The position numbers and the translations under genes are program-made. From Rhodobacter capsulatus SB 1003 (lineage in GTDB: Bacteria > Pseudomonadota > Alphaproteobacteria > Rhodobacterales > Rhodobacteraceae): DNA of 32,000 bases. The stretch's first letter is position 1, and the number at the start of each line of letters is the position of its first letter. Of this stretch, positions 8,729 through 16,546 are shown in pieces. The stretch is from positions 2,490,001 to 2,522,000 of the forward strand of contig NC_014034.1 of assembly GCF_000021865.1 (NCBI RefSeq), given 5' to 3'. Below the pieces are notes generated by a model. The model did no database searches, was not told the DNA's origin, and worked only from the letters and a program-made list of their open reading frames with translations.

Positions 8729-8801
8729 TTCTCACCTCACCTTGTCGCAGGGCATGCCCCCTCCTATACTCTAAAGGGAACAACAGAACAGGTCCAACCC
8801 G

Positions 8802-9131
8802 ATGCTTTTGCCGCCGAAAGTCACCCCCCGCGCCTTTGCGCGCCTGGCGAAACTGAATGCGCAGGAAGCGACGCCCAAGGCGCTGCGCGTTGCGGTCGAG
8901 GGCGGCGGCTGTTCGGGGTTCCAATATGACCTGAAGCTGGAGGCCGAGGCCGCCCCCGATGATCTGGTGATCGAGGCGGAAGGTCAGCGCGTGCTGATCG
9001 ACCCGGTCAGCCTGCCCTTCCTGCAAGATGCGGTGATCGACTACACGCAAGAGCTGATCGGGGCGCGGTTCGTGGTGCAAAACCCGAATGCGACGGCCAG
9101 CTGCGGCTGCGGGATTTCCTTCTCGATGTGA
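8802..9131 (+). CDS. erpA: iron-sulfur cluster insertion protein (HesB/IscA/ErpA family)
   Basis: 109 aa: LRVAVEGGGCSGFQYDL...NPNATASCGCGISFSM, with the conserved Cys triad of A-type carriers. Confidence 0.85.
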   Translation: MLLPPKVTPRAFARLAKLNAQEATPKALRVAVEGGGCSGFQYDLKLEAEAAPDDLVIEAEGQRVLIDPVSLPFLQDAVIDYTQELIGARFVVQNPNATASCGCGISFSM

Positions 9132-9135
9132 AGGA

Positions 9136-9152
9136 TGGTCGGGGCGGCGAGA
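9136..9152. repeat. attL core (copy of the tRNA-Pro 3' end)
   Basis: TGGTCGGGGCGGCGAGA is identical to 26819-26835. Sits 5 nt after the erpA stop. Confidence 0.85.
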
Positions 9153-9225
9153 ACATAATAATGTTTTCGCCAAGCCCTTATTTTCCCCTAACAATATGCA
9201 AAACATTGACTTTTCGGCCTCAATC

Positions 9226-9247
9226 TGTAACACATGGATGTAACACA
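9226..9247 (+). promoter_or_regulatory. two direct copies of the TGTAACACA motif (candidate integrase arm-type or regulator sites), overlapping a possible int promoter
   Basis: TGTAACACA-tgga-TGTAACACA, 74-95 bp from the att core. TTGACT at 9206-9211 lies 16 bp upstream of TAACAC. Confidence 0.5.
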
Positions 9248-9271
9248 CAACCCTTCCACTTGGTGCATTTC

Positions 9272-11080
9272 ATGGCGCGCATTAGCCACCTCATCCGGCG
9301 CGGTTCTGCCTATTCAGCGCGAATCCGCGTCCCCCTAGATCTGGTCGAAACCCTCGGAAAGCGTGAGCTGGTGAAAGCACTTGGCACGAATGACGAGGCC
9401 GAGGCGAAGCGGCGGCTCTATCCGGTGCTGTCCAACTGGCAACGCGAGTTCGACGACCTTCGGACCCGCAAGGCCCTGGTGCCTGCCGACCGTGACCATG
9501 CCGTTTGGGACCATTACACCACCACCTTGGCCCGCGACGAAGCCGACCGGGCCGCCCTGCCCTCGCCCGCGCAGATCGAGGCAGAGAAGACGAAGCTTGT
9601 CGAAAAGGCGCAGCGCGGCGAGATCAAGGACGCCGAGCCGCTGACAATTCTGGACGCGACCCTTGATCTTCAAGTGATGCAGCGCGCCGGTGAAGTCTCG
9701 GCCCATGCGCGCGAGGCGAAGCTGAAAGACATGCGGAAGCACCTCATTGAAGGCAACACCGCTCTTATCGCGCATGAGGTGAACGCCTACCTGCACAACA
9801 ATCGCCTTTTGGTCGAACCCGGAACGCCGGATTGGATCAGCCTCGCCCGGCACATGATGCGGGCAGAGATCGAAGCGCTTCAACGCACCCTTGAGCGTGA
9901 CCGGGGCGATTACACCGGCCACCCGTCCGACCCGATCGTGAAGCCGCCCACCGGCGGGCGCCGTGAGTTCGCCAAGCCCGGCGAGACGATCATGGAAGTC
10001 TTCGAGACGTTTGCGAGCGAAAACCCGAACAGGGTGACGCCCGACCGGCTCAATCAGATCAGGCGCGACATCGGCATCTTTGTCGAAGTCGTGGGGGCGG
10101 GCTTTCCGGTTCATGCGATCGACAAGATGGCCGTTCGCGATTGGAAGGCCCTTCTGGTGAAGTATCCGATCCGGGCAACCGAGGTGAAGGACTTCAAGGG
10201 CATGACAATTCGGCAGATCGTGAAGGCGAACGAAAAGCTCGGGCGGCCCAAGTTGTCCGACCGCACCGTGAACCGTTACCTGTCGAGCCTTGGTGCCTTC
10301 TGCAATTGGCTTGTCGAGAATGGCTATCTGGCACAGAACCCCGTGTCGCGCATGGCCCTTAAGAAAGAGAAGAACTCAAAGACCTTCACCTTCACGTCCG
10401 ATCAGTTGAACACGCTGTTCAAGTCGCCGCTCTTCACCGGGGCGCAAAGCGACAAGGAAGGCGAATGGCGCTATATCTCCCGGCCCGGCAAGGTGCTGAT
10501 CCGCGACCACCGCTATTGGGTGCCCCTGATCATGCTGTTCAGCGGCGCAAGGAATGGCGAGATCGGCCAGCTTGCGACAAGTGACGTGCGCGAGCTGCAC
10601 GGCCACTGGATTTTCCACATTACCACCGAGGGCGAACAGACCGAGCAAGGCAAGTCGGTCAAGACCGAAGGTTCCATGCGGGTGCTGCCCATTCACCCCG
10701 AGCTGATCCGCCTCGGCTTCCTGCAATACCACGCGGAACGGGTGAAGGCGGGCGACAAGCAACTTTTCCCCGGCGCCAAGCGCAACGAACGGGGGCAGAT
10801 GATGGCCGAATTCTCGCGCGAGTTCGGCAAGTATCTGACGCGGATCGGCCTCAAGAACGGGCGCGGCCTGTCTCTCTATTCTTTCCGTCATGGCGCGACC
10901 GATGCGCTGCGCCGGGCCGGGTATCTGGACAGTCAGTTCGGTTTCATCCTTGGGCACACCGAGGCTTCGATGACCGGGCGTTATGGTCAGATGCCACAAG
11001 GGATGCTGCAACAGCGCGTGGAACTGGTGAACTCCATTGCCTACCCCGGCCTGAGTTTGGACCACCTCATTCCGCAATAA
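9272..11080 (+). CDS. int: tyrosine-type site-specific integrase (602 aa, extended N-terminal domain)
   Basis: The N-terminus MARISHLIRRGSAYSARIRVPLDLV resembles DUF6538-type integrases (from memory). The C-terminal catalytic region has ...GARNGEIGQL..., SFRHGATDALRRAG, LGHTEASMTGRYGQ (R, HxxR, H, Y). Confidence 0.85.
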   Translation: MARISHLIRRGSAYSARIRVPLDLVETLGKRELVKALGTNDEAEAKRRLYPVLSNWQREFDDLRTRKALVPADRDHAVWDHYTTTLARDEADRAALPSPAQIEAEKTKLVEKAQRGEIKDAEPLTILDATLDLQVMQRAGEVSAHAREAKLKDMRKHLIEGNTALIAHEVNAYLHNNRLLVEPGTPDWISLARHMMRAEIEALQRTLERDRGDYTGHPSDPIVKPPTGGRREFAKPGETIMEVFETFASENPNRVTPDRLNQIRRDIGIFVEVVGAGFPVHAIDKMAVRDWKALLVKYPIRATEVKDFKGMTIRQIVKANEKLGRPKLSDRTVNRYLSSLGAFCNWLVENGYLAQNPVSRMALKKEKNSKTFTFTSDQLNTLFKSPLFTGAQSDKEGEWRYISRPGKVLIRDHRYWVPLIMLFSGARNGEIGQLATSDVRELHGHWIFHITTEGEQTEQGKSVKTEGSMRVLPIHPELIRLGFLQYHAERVKAGDKQLFPGAKRNERGQMMAEFSREFGKYLTRIGLKNGRGLSLYSFRHGATDALRRAGYLDSQFGFILGHTEASMTGRYGQMPQGMLQQRVELVNSIAYPGLSLDHLIPQ

Positions 11081-11157
11081 TATAACATTTCCCTTGCGGC
11101 TGGATTCGGGCATGTGGTATTATTATACCCATACGAGTGCCCCTGTTTTCAGTTGCG

Positions 11158-12363
11158 ATGTTTCAAAAGTTCCTTTCTGCATTTCAGAAAAAGGCGGTGG
11201 GCGTTTCGACGCCTGCCGCCCTTCCGCTGTTTGGGCTTGCCCCGACCCTGACCGGCAAGACCGTCACCACCGAAAGCGCCCTGCGTGTGCCTGCCGTCGC
11301 CTGTGCGGTGGCGCTGATCGCCGAGACGGTGGGCTCGCTGCCCGCGAAGCTCTTCGAGAAAGACGGGCGGGCGAGCGTCACCGATCACGCGGCCTTTTCG
11401 CTGATCCATGACGAGGCGAACCCCTGGACCTCGGCCGAGGCGCTGCGGGTGCAGCTTACCACCGATGCGCTCTTGCGCGGCCACGGCTTCGCCCTTGTCG
11501 TGCGCAATGCCACCGGCGCCCCTGTCGAGCTGCATCGGCTCGAACCGCACATGGTTCAGGTCGAAACCGACGACTTCGGCGAACCGGCCTATCTGGTGCA
11601 GCTCGCCGATGGCCGCCACCGCTACCCCTTCACCGACATTCTGCATGTGAGCGCCTTCGGAGGTGCCTCGCCGATCACGCTTGGCCGCGAAGCCATCGGT
11701 CTTGCCCTCGCCTTTGAAGAACATATCGCCAAGCTCTTTGCGAACGGCGGCAAGCCCGGCGGCATCCTGAAGACCGAAAAGACCCTCGGCGACGAAGCCA
11801 AGGCGAAGCTGGCGACAAGCTGGACGGCGGCGCATGGCGCGGGCCGTTCGGGCGGCACCGCGATTCTGGACGAGGGCATGAGCTATGAAGCGGTGACGAT
11901 GACGCTCGCCGACACGCAATTCGCCGAGAACCGTCTGGAACAGATCCGCGAGATTGCCCGCGCCTTCCGCGTGCCACCGACGATGCTCTTCGAGCTGACG
12001 CGGGGCACCTGGAGCAATACCGAAGAGATGGCCCGGCAATTCCTGCAAGTGACGCTGAAGCCGTGGCTGGCGTCCTGGTCCTGGGCCTATGCGCGCTGCC
12101 TGCTTTCGCCCGAGGAACGCCGCCGCCTTTATGTCGAGTTCGTCACGGACGACCTGACCACCACCGACACCGCCGCCCGTGCCGCCGCCTATGGGCAGTA
12201 TCGCAGCATGGGCGCGATGACCGCCAACGAGGTGCGCGCCGGTCTGAACCTGCCGCCGCGCGCCGATGGCGACACGCTGCAAAACCCCTACACCACCACC
12301 GGCGCCGCCCCTGCGGTTGATCCGGTGGCTGATCCTGCCCCCGAGGATGCCCCGCATGACTGA
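11158..12363 (+). CDS. phage portal protein, HK97 family
   Basis: 401 aa: ...ALRVPAVACAVALIAETVGSLP...NPWTSAEALR...GGILKTEKTLGDEAKAKL...TAILDEGMSYEAV...QFAENRLEQIREIARAFRVPP, the typical HK97-type portal pattern. Start set at ATG 11158 (GTG 11137 is possible). Confidence 0.85.
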   Translation: MFQKFLSAFQKKAVGVSTPAALPLFGLAPTLTGKTVTTESALRVPAVACAVALIAETVGSLPAKLFEKDGRASVTDHAAFSLIHDEANPWTSAEALRVQLTTDALLRGHGFALVVRNATGAPVELHRLEPHMVQVETDDFGEPAYLVQLADGRHRYPFTDILHVSAFGGASPITLGREAIGLALAFEEHIAKLFANGGKPGGILKTEKTLGDEAKAKLATSWTAAHGAGRSGGTAILDEGMSYEAVTMTLADTQFAENRLEQIREIARAFRVPPTMLFELTRGTWSNTEEMARQFLQVTLKPWLASWSWAYARCLLSPEERRRLYVEFVTDDLTTTDTAARAAAYGQYRSMGAMTANEVRAGLNLPPRADGDTLQNPYTTTGAAPAVDPVADPAPEDAPHD

Positions 12364-12676
12364 CCGCATCACCCTGCGCGCTTTCTTTGGCGATGCCGAG
12401 CGCGCCTTCACCCTGACCGACCCGATGCTGACCGAGCTGGAGCGCCTGACCGGCCTTGGCACCGGCGCGCTCTATGCCCAGCTCGTCAACATGGCCTTCC
12501 CGGTGCAGGTTCTCGCGCAGGTGATCCGCCTTGGCCTGATCGGCGCAGGGATGACCCCCGAAGAGGCGAAGCACCTTTGCGCCGCCTATGCCGAGAACCG
12601 CCCGCTGGCCGAGGTCTTCCCGCTCGCCTTCGCGATCCTGGATGCGCGCTGGAGCGGTGTTGAGGTCAAGCCATGA
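12356..12676 (+). CDS. small hypothetical protein, GTA-gp10/tail-assembly-chaperone-like
   Basis: 106 aa: ITLRAFFGDAERAFTLTDPMLTELERLTGLG...VIRLGLIGAGMTPEEA follows the pattern I recall for the GTA gp10 (Phage_TAC_11-like) family. Coupled to the portal stop and the protease start (ATGA). Confidence 0.4.
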   Translation: MTDRITLRAFFGDAERAFTLTDPMLTELERLTGLGTGALYAQLVNMAFPVQVLAQVIRLGLIGAGMTPEEAKHLCAAYAENRPLAEVFPLAFAILDARWSGVEVKP

Positions 12677-14184
12677 CCGACCGGCTCGAAATCAAGGCGC
12701 AGCTCGCCGTGACCGAGGCGGGCGAGATCACCGGGATTGCCTGGCCGTTCGGCTCTGCCGACCGCGTGGGCGACGTGATCGTGAAAGGCGCCTTCACCGC
12801 CCCCGCCGCGCTGCCGATGCTCTTTGCCCATGATCAGGCGCAGGTGATTGGCGTCTGGGACCGGATCGCCGAGACCGAGGCCGGTCTGACGGTGAAGGGG
12901 CGCCTTCTGATCGACGACGTGGAACGCGCCCGCGAGGTGCGCGCGATGGTCAAGGCGGGGGCCGTCTCGGGCCTGTCGATCGGCTTTGTCACCAAGGATG
13001 CCAAGCGCGAAGGCCGGGGCCGCCGGATCACCGCGCTTGAGCTGCACGAAATCAGTATTGTTGCCGTCCCGGCGCATCCGGGCGCGCAGATCACCTCTTT
13101 CAAATCAACGCATTGCAATTCGGAGTTCACACAGATGGAACAAGAAGACATCGCGGCCCAAGCGCCGCAGATCGACACCAAAGCCTTTGACGAGATCAAG
13201 GCCCGCCTCGACAAGCTTGAAGCGAAGACGAACCGGCCGAGCCTGGCCGTGACCGGCGTGCAAAGCCCGATCATGGCCGCCGACGAGGTGAAGGGCTTCG
13301 TGCATTACCTGCGCACCGGCGACAAGTCCGAGACGAAGAGCCTCGCCTATGGCGCCCCCTCGACCGGCGGCATCCTCGCCCCCGAAACCGTCTCGACCGC
13401 GATCATCGAAAAGATCGCCGAACAATCGCCCGTGCGCGGGCTTGCCTCGGTCATTTCCATGAGCGGGCCGCTGCTGCAACTGCCCCGGCTGGTCAACGAG
13501 GTGCAGCCCGCCCATGTGACCGAGACCGCCGCGCGCCCGGAATCCGAGCCGACCTTCGAACAGATCGACCTCAAGCCGCATGAGATGGCGGTGATCGTGC
13601 CGGTGACGCGGGTTCTGCTCGAAGATGCGCAGGTCGATCTGAATGGCTATCTGAGCGCCCATATCGCCCGCCGCTTCGGCCAGCTCGAAGCGCAATGGTT
13701 CGTCAAGGGCAACGGCACCACCGCGGCCGAGGGCGTGCTGACCGCGACCGAGGTGCAGGAACTCGACGCGCCGACCCTGACGGCCGACACGCTGCTGGAC
13801 CTCTTCTATGCGGTGAAGACGCCCTATGCGCAGAATGGCGCGTGGATGATGAACCGCAAGACGATGGCGAGCATCCGCAAGCTGGCCGACCTCGACGGGC
13901 AACTTCTGTGGCAAAGCGGCCTTGCGGCGGGCCAACCGTCGCTGTTGCTCGGCCGCCCGGTCTATGAGGCGCCCGACATGGACGACGCGACCACCGGCAA
14001 GACGCCGATCGTCTTCGGGGACTTCGCCTCGGGTTACACGATCGCCGACCATACCGGCTTCAGCGTCATGCGCGACGATTACACCGGCGCGACGAATGGC
14101 ATCGTCAAGCTGCACGCCCGCCGCCGTGTCGGTGGTCGCGTGACGCCGGGCGAGGCGCTGGTGAAGCTCAAGCTTGCCGCCTGA
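12673..14184 (+). CDS. prohead serine protease (S78/HK97) fused in frame to an HK97-fold major capsid protein
   Basis: Residues 1-150 (LPMLFAHD...GLSIGF...HEISIVAVPAHPGA) are protease-like. Residues about 155-503 (coiled-coil delta-like start, then ...GGILAPE...LLQLPR...MAVIVPVTRVLLEDAQVDL...LLGRPVY...) are HK97 MCP-like. No stop lies between them. Confidence 0.85.
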   Translation: MTDRLEIKAQLAVTEAGEITGIAWPFGSADRVGDVIVKGAFTAPAALPMLFAHDQAQVIGVWDRIAETEAGLTVKGRLLIDDVERAREVRAMVKAGAVSGLSIGFVTKDAKREGRGRRITALELHEISIVAVPAHPGAQITSFKSTHCNSEFTQMEQEDIAAQAPQIDTKAFDEIKARLDKLEAKTNRPSLAVTGVQSPIMAADEVKGFVHYLRTGDKSETKSLAYGAPSTGGILAPETVSTAIIEKIAEQSPVRGLASVISMSGPLLQLPRLVNEVQPAHVTETAARPESEPTFEQIDLKPHEMAVIVPVTRVLLEDAQVDLNGYLSAHIARRFGQLEAQWFVKGNGTTAAEGVLTATEVQELDAPTLTADTLLDLFYAVKTPYAQNGAWMMNRKTMASIRKLADLDGQLLWQSGLAAGQPSLLLGRPVYEAPDMDDATTGKTPIVFGDFASGYTIADHTGFSVMRDDYTGATNGIVKLHARRRVGGRVTPGEALVKLKLAA

Positions 14185-14187
14185 GCC

Positions 14188-14826
14188 ATGACCCCGCTTG
14201 CGCGCAACGAAGAGGTGACTTTGCATCACGGGGGTTGGGCCGTGGTGCTGCGCCCCTCGCTGCGCGCGGCGATGACGCTTGAACGCCTGCACGATGGCTG
14301 GCCGGGTCTTCTCCTTGGGCTCGGGCAGTTCCGCTTGCAGACCGTTCAGGCGATCATCCGGGCTTCGGCGGTTGAACGCAACGCCGCCGAGGCCCTTCTG
14401 GCCTCTTTCGCTGCCGCCCCCATCTCGGCGGTGAAAGAGGCCGTCACCGCGCCGCTCGGCGCGCTTCTGACCCTCTTCCTTGCCCCGATGACCGAGACGG
14501 CCGAGACGGCAGAGACCGCCACCCCGGCCGCACCGAAGCCCTGGGCGGATGCCTATTCAGAGCTTTACCGCTTCGGCACGGGGTGGCTTGGCTGGAGCCC
14601 GGCCGAGACCTGGGCCGCGACACCGACCGAGATTGCGCAGGCGCTCGACGGCAAGCTCGCGCATCTGATCGCGTTGAACGGGGACGAGGGCAACGCCGGT
14701 CCCAGCGGTCCCGCCGGTCCCGGCCCCGACGCCTACACCCCCGCGCGGCTGCGCGAGATCGAAGAGCTGGGCTTCGACCCGGCCTTTGACCGCGAGGGCC
14801 TGCGCCGTCTGAAAGCGATGACCTGA
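14188..14826 (+). CDS. tail assembly chaperone-like protein (G-like N-terminus fused to a T-like C-terminus)
   Basis: The N-terminus VVLRPSLRAAMTLERL is GTA-gp10-like. The C-terminus YRFGTGWLGWSPAETWAATPTEIAQAL matches the phiE125-gp8/GTA g10.1-type chaperone motif (from memory). An ETAETAETA linker joins them. Confidence 0.55.
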   Translation: MTPLARNEEVTLHHGGWAVVLRPSLRAAMTLERLHDGWPGLLLGLGQFRLQTVQAIIRASAVERNAAEALLASFAAAPISAVKEAVTAPLGALLTLFLAPMTETAETAETATPAAPKPWADAYSELYRFGTGWLGWSPAETWAATPTEIAQALDGKLAHLIALNGDEGNAGPSGPAGPGPDAYTPARLREIEELGFDPAFDREGLRRLKAMT

Positions 14827-14828
14827 CC

Positions 14829-15173
14829 ATGCCCCGCCCGCCCCATATCTGCGCCTGTGGCCGCCTTGTGCCGCATGGCGAGCGCTGCACTTGCCAGAAA
14901 GACGCCGACCGCGCCCGCAAGCGCCGCCACGATGCGAAACGCCCCTCGGCCCGTGAACGCGGTTACACGACCGATTGGGAGAAAGAGCGCGCGGCGTTCC
15001 TTGAAGCGCACCCCTGTTGCGCGATCTGCGGGGCGGTGGCGAGCGTGGTCGATCACATCACCCCGCACAAGGGGAACAAGGCGCTCTTCTGGGACCGCTA
15101 CAACTGGCAAGCCCTCTGCAAGCCCTGCCATGACCGGGTGAAGCAAAGGCAAGAGCGAGCGGGCGATGTTTGA
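14829..15173 (+). CDS. HNH endonuclease (terminase-associated, HK97 gp74-like)
   Basis: 114 aa: CxCG...C.C N-terminal Cys cluster, then CCAICG...VDHITPHKGN...NWQALCKPCHDRV, the HNH/Zn motif. Confidence 0.85.
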   Translation: MPRPPHICACGRLVPHGERCTCQKDADRARKRRHDAKRPSARERGYTTDWEKERAAFLEAHPCCAICGAVASVVDHITPHKGNKALFWDRYNWQALCKPCHDRVKQRQERAGDV

Positions 15174-15432
15174 AGCGCCTTCACGCTGGAACCCTGAGCG
15201 GAACCTGTGGCTTGAGGTGCTTTATCGCACGGTGGAAGACGCGACCAAGGGGCCGCGCCATGTGCCCAAGCCCGCCGACAAAGCCCTGATCATGCGCGAG
15301 GCACGCGACTACCTGACCCGGCCGAGTCGCGACCTTGCGATGGTATGCGCCTTGGCCGGGGTGGACATGGGAGCCGTGATTGATCACATAGGCCGGAAGC
15401 TGGCCGGTGGAAGAAGTGCTGCGCCCCGGTGA
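15166..15432 (+). CDS. hypothetical protein
   Basis: 88-aa ORF whose ATG overlaps the HNH stop. Host-like GC and codon usage; no family recognised. Confidence 0.5.
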   Translation: MFEAPSRWNPERNLWLEVLYRTVEDATKGPRHVPKPADKALIMREARDYLTRPSRDLAMVCALAGVDMGAVIDHIGRKLAGGRSAAPR

Positions 15433-15540
15433 TCTGCGGGGCAAGTATATAAGTGTGGAAACTGCCTGACATGTCGCTGTTTGAGTAGCCAAGAGGCGCG
15501 ACTGATTGTAGCCTGATCTGGCATATGATCGGGGATCCAC

Positions 15541-15786
15541 ATGGACAAGAAAATTCCGACCTACGAAGTCATTGCCAATTACTTCAATGAAAGCCCGCTT
15601 GGCCTTTTCGAGTGCCCCTGCGGGGTGCGACACAGGCACGGACTACCGAGCCAACAAGGAGAGCCGGAACACAGGGTAGCCCATTGCCATGATAGTTCGC
15701 TTCATCCTAACGGATACTATATTGTCTGGAACGGCAAGAAGGATGGGGTGCGTCGGAACAAAAAGCTAGGGTGGGTAATCCCCTAG
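15541..15786 (+). CDS. small Cys/His-rich hypothetical protein (low-GC cassette gene 1)
   Basis: 81 aa: ...FECPCGVRHRHG...EHRVAHCHD.... GGGGA RBS 6 nt upstream. Lies at the start of the GC drop. Confidence 0.5.
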   Translation: MDKKIPTYEVIANYFNESPLGLFECPCGVRHRHGLPSQQGEPEHRVAHCHDSSLHPNGYYIVWNGKKDGVRRNKKLGWVIP

Positions 15787-15793
15787 TGTTTTC

Positions 15794-15807
15794 ATTGATT
15801 AATCAAT
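15794..15807. promoter_or_regulatory. perfect 14-bp palindrome between the cassette genes (candidate operator)
   Basis: ATTGATTAATCAAT, in the spacer between the 81-aa ORF stop (15786) and the membrane-protein gene. Confidence 0.4.
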
Positions 15808-15856
15808 TTAACTCTTGGTTGCTAAGAGCCAGCGGCTATATTCAATAGGGCATGGA

Positions 15857-16408
15857 ATGGCGATAGACCAAAAGACCACTCAAGAAAGAGTTAGCAACAT
15901 AGAAAATGATTCTGAGAACCGAATGAGCCAATTTCATGCTTGGCTTGGAATTGCATCTGCGGGTGGCATTGTGTCTCTCTCCAGCTTTGCGGGAGGCTCG
16001 CCTGATCCAGATTATACGTTTGCGCAACTCGTTCCGAGTTATATCTGTTTCTTGTTTGGAATTATCGCTGCCGCCGCGGTCGTATACTCATTATCGCTAT
16101 CGAGATCAAAATTTGCTGAACATATTGCATGCTCTTCAAATCGGGAAATTGCCAATGAGGCAATTCAAAGCATTCCCGTGATTATGAGTTACCCAAGAAG
16201 CATGACTGAAGGCGCAAATGGATCGAGGGATGAACTAATTTCAAAATCTCAGAGATTTCATGACCTGGCTGAACGTTCTTGGAGCGCCCACAGAAGGTGG
16301 TCGATTGTTTCCTCTATGTCTGTTGCAATATCTGCTCTTGCGTTTGTTCTTGGCTTCCTTTGGCCCATATATGTCGTGGTTTTTACGGAGAAAGGACTTA
16401 TCCCTTAA
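15857..16408 (+). CDS. membrane protein with three predicted TM helices (low-GC cassette gene 2)
   Basis: Hydrophobic segments are WLGIASAGGIVSLSSFAG, YICFLFGIIAAAAVVYSLSL and WSIVSSMSVAISALAFVLGFLWPIYVVVF, with a roughly 70-aa polar loop. G+C of hand-counted lines is 35-55% against about 68% in a flanking line. Start uncertain (TTG 15815, ATG 15857 or ATG 15923). Confidence 0.6.
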   Translation: MAIDQKTTQERVSNIENDSENRMSQFHAWLGIASAGGIVSLSSFAGGSPDPDYTFAQLVPSYICFLFGIIAAAAVVYSLSLSRSKFAEHIACSSNREIANEAIQSIPVIMSYPRSMTEGANGSRDELISKSQRFHDLAERSWSAHRRWSIVSSMSVAISALAFVLGFLWPIYVVVFTEKGLIP

Positions 16409-16546
16409 CCTCGCCGGTATAAAGTGTCGCCTAATTCAATAAAGCGGGTGGGGGCACCTTCCGACTTCTCCCCATTCCCCGGACCGGCGGGGGGAGGTCC
16501 GCGCAGGATGGGCGCTAAATAACTTTTTCGCAGACTCTTCAAACCG

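Noticed and set aside
9152-9172. AACATAATAATGTT near attL as a palindromic protein-binding site
   Set aside because: It is not a true palindrome. Only the 5-nt ends are complementary, and it has no second copy elsewhere in the island.
9128-9271. Upstream extension of the integrase ORF to 650 aa
   Set aside because: It would start inside erpA and read through the att core and an AT-rich non-coding stretch. The conserved integrase N-terminus begins at MARISHLIRRG (ATG 9272).
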